DNA of 32,000 nucleotides from assembly GCF_963967315.1 (NCBI RefSeq), contig NZ_OZ017288.1:360001-392000 (forward strand), in the 5' to 3' direction. Made by a program: the position numbers and the translations under genes. The stretch's first letter is position 1, and every line of letters begins with the position of its first letter. The notes beneath the pieces were generated by a model. It was not told the origin of the DNA. It saw only the letters and a list, made by a program, of their open reading frames with translations, and made no database searches. Positions 31,872-32,000 of the stretch are shown piece by piece. Source of the stretch: Candidatus Minimicrobia sp. QA0096 (GTDB taxonomy: Bacteria; Patescibacteriota; Saccharimonadia; Saccharimonadales; Saccharimonadaceae).

Positions 31872-32000
31872 CTATTTTCCCAAATGTCGCTTTGCCTTAA
31901 TCGTCACTCGACGACCACGCGGCGTACGCTCAATAAAACCAATTTGTAGCAAATATGGTTCATAAAAATCCTCAATTGTTGTCGCTTCGTCGCCAGTCAA
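31872..32000 (-). CDS. ruvB: Holliday junction helicase RuvB, C-terminal 42 codons (truncated by window edge)
   Basis: My reverse-strand translation is [42 protein letters not shown], which matches the conserved RuvB C-terminal winged-helix segment. It is not in the ORF track because its start lies outside the window. Confidence 0.8.
   Translation of the reverse strand: MTGDEATTIEDFYEPYLLQIGFIERTPRGRRVTIKAKRHLGK

Noticed and set aside
1-32000. Alternative genetic code (UGA recoding, as in some CPR lineages), CRISPR arrays, and IS or transposon ends
   Set aside because: TGA clearly terminates well-conserved genes (for example the pilN/pilO and pilO/next-gene ATGA junctions). I saw no spaced direct-repeat arrays and no transposase-like ORFs or terminal inverted repeats.

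Overview
The window is a densely packed bacterial chromosomal segment in the standard genetic code, since TGA is used as a stop. It holds about 34 protein genes, 6 tRNA genes and no mobile elements or CRISPR. The gene content points to a reduced-genome, monoderm-type bacterium, most plausibly a Saccharibacteria (TM7)/CPR-like organism; this is an inference from content, not a database hit. The supporting content is type IV pilus genes without a secretin, the MurT/GatD lipid II amidation pair, RNase Y, minimal TsaB/TsaE, and many overlapping gene ends. Housekeeping genes are folD, glyA, murB, murT-gatD, rny, a Nudix gene, gpmA, tsaE-tsaB, recA-recX, the 3' end of ruvB and a GT35 glucan phosphorylase-like gene. 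Type IV pilus genes lie in three places: a minor-pilin operon ending in the major pilin (6930-11020, minus strand), pilB-pilC-pilM-pilN-pilO plus a small membrane protein (22571-28129, plus strand), and an orphan pilin divergent from recA (30526-30918). Five items stand out. (1) A 592-aa pilin-like protein has a PilX-type N-terminus fused to a seven-blade RCC1-type beta-propeller, making it a candidate pilus-tip adhesin. (2) In 11 transcription units a -10 box lies 6-8 nt from the start codon, which implies leaderless mRNAs. (3) An XRE helix-turn-helix domain is fused to MurA, and an 18-bp perfect palindrome overlaps its promoter. (4) A membrane-anchored Hsp100/Clp-type double AAA+ protein lacks both pore-loop tyrosines, has a degenerate first ATPase domain, and is translationally coupled to a small membrane protein. 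(5) Two tRNA genes have mutually overlapping divergent promoters. All promoter, terminator and function calls come from reading the sequence and from remembered family motifs; no searches were run.
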